A stretch of DNA of 52,043 bases, the filler included, from Streblomastix strix (lineage: Eukaryota): the NCBI GenBank assembly GCA_008636045.1. It is 2 parts of 2 records of this genome, joined end to end, with 100 filler letters (N's around TTAATTAATTAA, not from the genome) between each part and the next. Parts side by side here need not be neighbours in the genome. Positions count along the whole stretch, not along the records: positions 26,119 to 52,043 come from SNRW01000184.1; 1 more part is not named here. One strand, 5' to 3'. A model generated the notes under the pieces. That model saw only the letters and a list, made by a program, of their open reading frames with translations. It ran no database searches and was not told the DNA's origin. This document shows, in pieces, positions 44,619 through 52,043 of the stretch. The first letter of the stretch is position 1, and each line of letters begins with the position of its first letter. Position numbers and translations under genes: made by a program.

Positions 44619-46844
44619 ATGGAAGACTCCTCACTAAGATAAGCTAGTAATGAATTACATATCCAACTTGCAGGTGATGATGTATGCTGGGCAAATTAGT
44701 ACAAATTTCAAAAAATCTTGTTTTTACACCCTTTTATAATTGAATTTTGTTTATCTATAATTTTAAATAAATAATACTAACTTTTATATTGATTTTACAT
44801 TTGTTTCATATAATTTTACTTTATTAATTATGATAAAATCTTTGATATAAAATATTTTTTAATTTACAAATTTTTTTGTCTATTTCCTTTATTAAGTATT
44901 AAATATTTATATTATACGTCTTTTAGGCTAGAACTATTATTATATTGCACATTTCCCACTTAAAATAGAAAGAAACATCTGATGATTTGAAGATAAAATC
45001 ACTTACTGATTTATTCCTATCTATAATTGGTGTGTTTTTTATTGCAGGCATTATATATTTCATAATATTACTTTAATTTTTAAGCAAATGAAAGCATATA
45101 ACACTGGATTATTGTAGAAAGTGGCTTATTGTTAGTTTTATCAGAACTTATGAGTGGGACAGTGAATCCATAAATACGAGTATGCTATTTATCTTTCAAT
45201 TTATTAACTATTTGTCCATTAAATTTGTAGTCTTTATGTGGATCTTTGATATTAGTGGTGCAGCAGCTTGGAGCGAAGTCTGGAGAGGCAGTAGATTGGC
45301 GGACACTACTGTCGCCTCTATTCTCATTGCTCTTTGTTTGACTTTATTTTTTTTATTTTTTTTATCATTCAATATTTTTTAGAATATAGATGAAAACATT
45401 TCATAATCAGGAAAATAATCGTTACTCAAGGCTATTGATCACAATCCAGATGCTATTAAAGGACTTGTTGAACTAAATATTTATGACAGATCATCACAAA
45501 TGATGGATTTTGCTTATCCACAATCTTCAACTTCATAATCCCCTTATCTTGAGTCTGTTCTTGTGAATGTATTGGAAGTAGTAGCATTTGCACTTAGAGA
45601 AGGATCTGAGATAGGAAAAAAGACTGCAATGCTTCTTGCAACATTAATGAGAATAAAATAATTATAACCATCTAAGCAGATTAAAAGTGTTATTGGATCA
45701 ATCCTTTCTATTCTTGAAGATGAACATGATGATAGCAATGATAATAAGATAATATAAAATTAATTATTAGAAGCATAATAACAAGTTATACTTGCTTAAA
45801 ATAAAGCTAAGCTTGCTGAAGAACAAATCATTGCTGCTGAATAAAAAGCGCAACAATCTGAGTAAAGAATGTTGGAAGTGAACGAATAAATAAGAATAAA
45901 AGATTAACAGATAAATCGTTTACAAGCTTAAATTGCTAAAAATCATCCAGACTCAATTCTTATATAATAAATAGTACTTCCTCCAAGAAGTGGTGAAGAA
46001 GGTTATATTATTTTATTGTTATTTTTTTTAAAAGATTTATTCATTTTTTACAATTTTTTACTTATTAAATTCAGACTATACTTCAGAGCTAGAAAATCCT
46101 GATCCAATAGGATCAGGAGTGAGATTGGAACGAGTGGGAAGATTATTTCGAAAAGCGATTAATATGAGAGATTAAGTTTGTGCTTCTATAATATTGGATA
46201 AAGAAATTGCAGATGGAATTCATAGTATCACAATTAGATTTGACAAAAATAATGTAGATGGATATGTGAATGGTCGATTAGGAATAATGAAAGCTAATTA
46301 TAGGATTCAATATCCTTGCGAGCCATGGTTAATTCCTCGTGTGATAACTTATAGATAAAATAATTTATTCTTATATATTAATAATCTTCATTAAAAAAAA
46401 TTATTATAAAGATCGAAATAATATGCTTGGATATGGCGGATAGTATGCAAAATAAGTTAAAAATAAGTTTTACTTTTATTTCCAAATCTCATTGTTTAAA
46501 TAGTTCGGGATTTGTGAAATATAAGACCATATAAGCAGAAGGAAACATTAAATACAGTGATTTTTAATTGATAACAATGGAACTCAATGCAAATATTGGT
46601 ACGTTGCACTATTTTGTGGAAGGGAGTCAGTAGCCAATATTTGTGCAAGGGATAAATGAACCAGTCAAATTCTGGGTTTGACAATTTAAACATTATTTCA
46701 ATTATTATATCAATAAGTTATTTTACATTCTTTATTTAGTTTTTGCTCTATTAAAAAGATGCCTCGTTTACAATTCTGTCGCTTAATCGATTGGACAATC
46801 CAACAACAAAAATTCTTGCAAATTCGAAAGCAATTGATTGGTGA
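44619..46844 (+). CDS. Multi-exon hypothetical protein: N-terminal ARM/HEAT-like helices, central coiled coil, C-terminal SPRY/B30.2-like beta domain
   Basis: ATG at 44619 (MEDSSLRQASNELHIQLAGDD) and about 8 GT-AG introns. Helical part: ESGLLLVLSELM, DWRTLLSPLFSLLF. Coiled coil: AQNKAKLAEEQIIAAEQKAQQSEQR. C-terminus: DKEIADGIHSITIRF...LGIMKA...ITMELNANIGTLHYFVEGSQQPIFVQGINEPVKFW. Ends at TGA 46842-46844. The domain call is from motif pattern only. Confidence 0.75.
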
Positions 46845-46958
46845 AAAGAAAAACAAATGGAAAAATGATGAATGAACAATAAATATTTATTTTTTATTTA
46901 TATTCACAGGAATGTTTAAAATTGTAATTAATAAAAATAAATAATATATACATTCTTC

Positions 46959-49900
46959 TCATAGATAAGCTTATTTCAGTTATTCAAATATTTCTGTGAG
47001 TTTATCTACAAAAGAAATATTATAATACTTGAATCCTAAGTAATAAATGCATACTGCTCGCCTAAGCGATGTTGTTAACTGATCCACGTGGAAACACAGC
47101 AACAATCTGCCTTTCACCAACTCTTCTCCCTCCAATCCAGATCTTAATAAATGAAATGATTTATAATTATAATTAATAATTAAATAAATGTTTGAGCAAA
47201 AGATAAGGTTATACTCCGTGCCACATTCGCACTATAACTTCTCGAGCCAGAGGATCACATCTAGAAAAAAAGGAAGAATAATACGGAAATAATGATTGAA
47301 TAGAGAAAATGAATATAAATAAATAATTTCTTTAAGGCTATTACATTACACATACAAATTTAAATCTTTGTGTATGTCATTAACGACATGCAAAATATCA
47401 GGTGCAGTCTAAAATAGTAAAAAAGAAATATGATGAAGAAAAAATACATAAATTTATTATTTTCCATTTGTTTATTCAAATATTATTTATCTTTCTTAAA
47501 TATTCTTATTATTATTTATTAATTCTATACATTTGGTGAGTTTATTTCTGTTTAGATGTATATATAAATAATAATGAAAAATTAATAATTAATAGAATTA
47601 ATACAAATAATTATTTGAATTTTTTATTGATAAATAATCTAAAATATAATTTCAAACTATTAATTAATGTAGAATGAACAAGAAGATCAAGGTGATTAAC
47701 GAATATAAACCCAGTTGTCTACAAAGAAGATATTTATGAAGGATATGTAGAAGAAGAAGGTGATGAAGAAGGAGATGGAGAATTAGATTGTCCTTATGAA
47801 GCATTACTAAATGTATGTATTGAAAGAAATTATAATTAATTGAAAGAAATTATAATTAATTGAAAGAAAATGAATAAAACATTGAAAATTAATATATTTA
47901 TCTTAATAAATAAAATTATTTCAATAAAATTTTAGTAATCCATAATTATATTATTCAAACTCCAAAATCTTATCTTTCCCAGCATCAAACGCAAAAAATG
48001 GAGCTGAAGTTGAAGCTAAATCACTCAAAATTTAAGACATAATTTGAAGATCATCTGGAGCTATGAAATATATAAAAAATAAAGAGAATTATGTAATGAA
48101 AAGGTAATAAATTAAATTTTTAATAAATGAAAGTAAACATAGAAGAGGAAGTTCAGGAACTGTATCAAATTATTCTTCTTCATTCCATATGATATCATCA
48201 TCATCCTCAGTTTCATCCAGATCTTCTTTCTCCTCATTACATTTCTTATTATCTTCATCTTATTATTCAATATCAATATTTTCTTCTTACTTATTCTGTT
48301 TATTTATTTCTTCATTTTTCTATTCTTCTTCTTTCTTATCCAACTATACTTTCTATTACTCATTAAAATCTTCTTCAGTGTCAGTTTCATTATCATCAAA
48401 TGTTCCTGTTATTTTATCTTCTCTTTTATCCTTTCCATTTTTACTATTTATTTCATTTTCTTCTTTTTGTTTCTTCCTATCTAATTCATCTCTTTTATTC
48501 TTCTTCTTTTCTTCCAACTCCTTCTTCTTCTTAATCCTCCACCTCTTTCTTTCTTCTCTGGCTTTGGAATCCAATTATTACTCTAATGTAATATGAGGAA
48601 CTTCACACAACATCACAAAACTGAGATTATCATGCTTTCATAATAATAAATATAAAAAAATAATAATATTTTTCTTATTTTCATTTCTAGTATTTAATTT
48701 AATTTATTTATTTTTTATATGGCACACTTTAAATATAAGCATTTTATGTGGAATCATTCCACAATCAAGATAAATATTCTATGCTAAATCAAATATTGAA
48801 TTTTATTATTAATTATCATTATTATTTAAAACATCGTTATTATTTAAACTTTCTTTTTTCTAAGTTTCATCTTATTTTACTTCTTCATTTTATTTCTCAA
48901 TATTTTCTTATTCTTTTCTCTAAATTCGTTCTTTTTTATCATTTTAATATTAAATGTATTATTATTAATGCAAAATATCTTGAAATGAAGGTAGAAGAAA
49001 ACCTCTATTGATATAAATAAATAAATAACAAATATGAAATATTTATTTCTTATATTTAATAATCTTAAAATAATTATTTTTTTCAAAATATATCTTTAAA
49101 TTCTTTATCTTACTATATTTGTCATATTAATATACAGTCATACGGTGAAGAACCTGTCTGTGCAAGATATGGAAATAGAATTGAATTCTTCCTCTTCGTT
49201 TCTTCTTTATATTCTTTTTCATATTCCTCAGAGTCATCATAACTTTATTCACAACTTTTATCACTTTACTATTCTTGATCTTATTCTTAATCTTATTCTT
49301 TATCTTATTGAGTCTATTTTATATCATCAGTGTTTATTTTATCTAGTGAAGATTGTTATTGTATTTGTTCATTATCTATAATTTCTACACTTGGATCAAG
49401 TAACAAAGAACTCTATTCGTTTTCACTTTCCTTTGTAATTTCACCATTTATCTTCTCATTTAACTTCATATTTTCAGTCTCTTTATCTTTCTTCTGTTAA
49501 TCTTCTTCATTTCCAGTTGTTGATTCATCATCTTCTTCTTCATCATCACTCTACATCCTATTCCTAATATTCACTACAATCTTCCTCTCTTCTTTTCTCA
49601 TCATCTTTCCAAATAGCATAACCCAAAGCGCAAAAGTATCATTCATTCCTAATTCTGAGTATACTAATTATTGTTTGAAAAATATTACTATTCTTGAGAC
49701 AAATGGTAACAATGACTCAATTTGTGAAGTGACTGTTGCTGCGCATAATGCAGATGATGTGCTTAATATTGAGACATCCATCCCACACAGATGATCAAAA
49801 CAAGTTAATGAACGAAAATCTAATGTTGATAATGAATGATTGAAGAATGATTGAAGTGTTACACGAAGATTATCATTAGTTCTTGAAGTAAGCTCACCAT

Positions 49901-50535
49901 GAAGAATCTGTAATATATTTATATATGAATATATTAAAGTACAATTAAATATTTTGATTTTCTCGTGTTGTTAATAGATGCATACTCTATAATTAAAATA
50001 TAATTATTTCATTATTCCACGTAAGATATAATCATGAAGCATATTAGGAAATGGAGTGTTTATCTATTCAGCCTTTATTTTAATAAACATGCTCGGATTC
50101 TTTACAATCTGAATGGTGAAAATATATTATAATAAAAGTCAATTATAATACAAATAAATATAAGTAAATAAATAAAATGTTTATACCATAACAAGCATGA
50201 ATTATTCTTCAGGATCGTAGAAAGCATATCTGTGCTTTTCTAAATGTACAGATTCGCAATGGCCTCCAAATTGTGAGGAAAAACCACTGAATAAAAATAT
50301 ATTATTAATATTGATTAATAAATTGAAATAAAAGTTAAATTTTGACAAACGTTGCAAAACTGACAATGGCTTCAAAGAATCCACAGAATTTCAGCTGTTC
50401 TACCAATATTGTGCTTTAAGGATAAAAATATAGTATCTTTGCTTCTTCTTTCTCTTTTCTTCCTACACGCTTTGTGTAAATGACAAAATTATCAATATTC
50501 GCAGGAAGTTATGCTAAGCCGTGTTTCTTATCCAT
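46959..50535 (-). CDS. CCZ1: Vacuolar fusion protein CCZ1 (longin domains; subunit of the Mon1-Ccz1 Rab7 GEF), multi-exon with acidic/Gln inserts
   Basis: N-terminus MDKKHGLAQLPANIDNFVIYTKRVGRKEKEEAKILYFYPQSTILVEQLKFCGFFEAIVSFA...CESVHLEKHRYAFYDPEEQFMLVMIVKNP matches the CCZ1 first longin domain. C-terminal exons GFIFVNHLDLLVHSTL, DILHVVNDIHKDL, REVIVRM and WIGGRRVGERQIVAVF match the third longin domain. Stop is TGA at 46959-46961 after a 49-nt intron. Confidence 0.88.
47820..47869. repeat. 20-bp tandem duplication (TTGAAAGAAATTATAATTAA x2.5) in a CCZ1 intron
   Basis: Seen directly. Confidence 0.85.
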
Positions 50536-51197
50536 GCTAATTTTTTTAAAAAAAGAAAAATAGATAAGCATAAAAATTAAAATTTTTCTAAGTTAATGAA
50601 TTATAATTGAATATTATAAGATTTAATGAAGGATTTATCATTAAATAATGTCAAGCTTCAAAAGTGGCATTATTGGTTTAAGAATAAGTAAATTGATATA
50701 AAATTCAAATAATTTAATTTTTGTAATTAGAATTATAAAATTTAAATTGATAATTAATGTTTGAATATAACAAAAAACATATTTCTTGTCTAAATTTGGA
50801 ATCTTAGCTCTGGTATATTTCATTAGTGAAATTTTAGTTTAGAAATGAATTATATATTAATTCAAGACTTATTTAATATAAATTATTAAATAATAAAATA
50901 TATAAGAGACTGATTTTGAAAATTAAAATTCCTGAAATAAACTATTAATTTCATTTAAATTTGTTAAATAAGTTAAGTAATTTTAAAATTATATATTTAA
51001 TATACTCATAATTGTCATGCCAAAACAATAATATGTTCAAAATAAATTTTTTTTTACTTTCTTATAATATCATTATAAAGGTGGAAAAAAAAGACATAAT
51101 TTAATAAAAAATTCCATGATTATGGTATATTTTCGATACGGGTTTAAAAAAAGTCTTATTAGCAATTTTTATTCCGATAAGACTTTGGACTCGTTGA

Positions 51198-51876
51198 ACT
51201 ATTAATTGCTCATGTTTGCTTCATCCAGGCCAAACTACCATCGCATCAAGAGAATTTGGGATCACAACACAATAAACTTATACAATTGCATGTTGCTATT
51301 GCAGATAAACAAGTTTTAAGAATGATTGTTTGCGCATACCGTCGTATATTACTCGAGAAAGGGAATTTCTTTTAGCGCAGAACATTCATCAGATGATTTT
51401 TAAACGCGAAGCTCTAACCGTTGATGATATCCGTTAGGAGCTAATAAATCAACATATTGATGAAAGATATAGTGCTTCCACTAGAGCTGAATAATTGGGG
51501 CTATTTTATTTAGTTAATGAATTCAAGTCATGCTTTCCAGATCCTTAATCCAAATATGTATTCAACTTTGTTCATTGGCATAATATAATATTTTTGTTAT
51601 AGCAATGTTAAGAAATAAGAAGTTGAAGCTTCTTTCACTTCAAATATTGATCAATTCTTCCGTTGTGTGTATTAACCAGCAATTTCCACTGGAATTAGAA
51701 CTCGTTCAGTCTTTAACATGAATGAGACAAGTGTGAATTTGGACGAATAGTAAAGAACTACAAAATCAGTAGGTATAAGAAGAGGAATTTGCATATATTC
51801 GGAAAATTTTACTGGTAATATATCTATGATTCCAACTATCTTCCCTGGATCGCATTAACCTCAATAATATATATGG
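51198..51876 (+). mobile_element. Decayed pogo/Tigger (CENP-B-like, DDE_1) transposase remnant
   Basis: HTH-like IASREFGITTQQTY; CENP-B-type second HTH PSYITREREFLLAQNIHQMIFKREALTVDDIRQEL and KYVFNFVHWHNI. After a frameshift near 51595: NIDQFF...VFNMNETSVNL (consensus IxNxDET) and NISMIPTIFPG. There is an upstream in-frame TGA at 51195, and the C-terminal part of the DDE domain is absent. Confidence 0.7.
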
Positions 51877-51898
51877 ACTGCACCACAGTCTACTAATT

Positions 51899-52043
51899 CT
51901 GCCGCGCTATTTGTATTCATAATCTCCGCACCAATTTACTATCAACACTAAGGCTCATTTCTGCCATGGAAATTGTACTCATAATCTCCACGCCAAATTA
52001 CTATACCTCAAATCTTCATAATCTCCACGCCAAATGACAATAC
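51899..52043. repeat. Degenerate tandem repeat; core CATAATCTCC(GCA/ACG)CCAA(T/A)T(T/G)AC(T/A)AT at 51918, 51980 and 52017
   Basis: Three copies visible; the first two units are about 62 bp and start with CTGCC; the array runs off the window end. Confidence 0.8.

Noticed and set aside
51899..52043. CRISPR-like repeat-spacer pattern
   Set aside because: Eukaryotic context, degenerate repeats, irregular spacing (62 and 37 bp), related spacers and no cas genes.

Overview
AT-rich eukaryotic (protist) genomic DNA that uses a non-standard nuclear code: TAA and TAG read as Gln and TGA is the only stop (translation table 6). The supplied standard-code ORF track is therefore almost entirely misleading. 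Code, intron style and Q/E/K/S-rich inserts suggest an oxymonad such as Streblomastix, but that is inference and ciliates share the code. The window is two separate pieces joined by an artificial 100-nt spacer (44 N + TTAATTAATTAA + 44 N, 26019-26118). The left piece holds the 3' end of an RRM-protein gene (+) and a 5'-truncated giant axonemal-type dynein heavy chain (-, 942-25878). That fragment is about 8,200 codons from AAA2 to the C-terminus alone, with an apparently ~21-kb terminal exon. The right piece holds a 5'-truncated, intron-rich, insertion-expanded GCN1 (+), an ARM-like/coiled-coil/SPRY-like gene (+), CCZ1 (-), and a decayed pogo/CENP-B-type DDE transposase followed by degenerate tandem repeats. 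All translations were done by eye, and exon boundaries are proposals.
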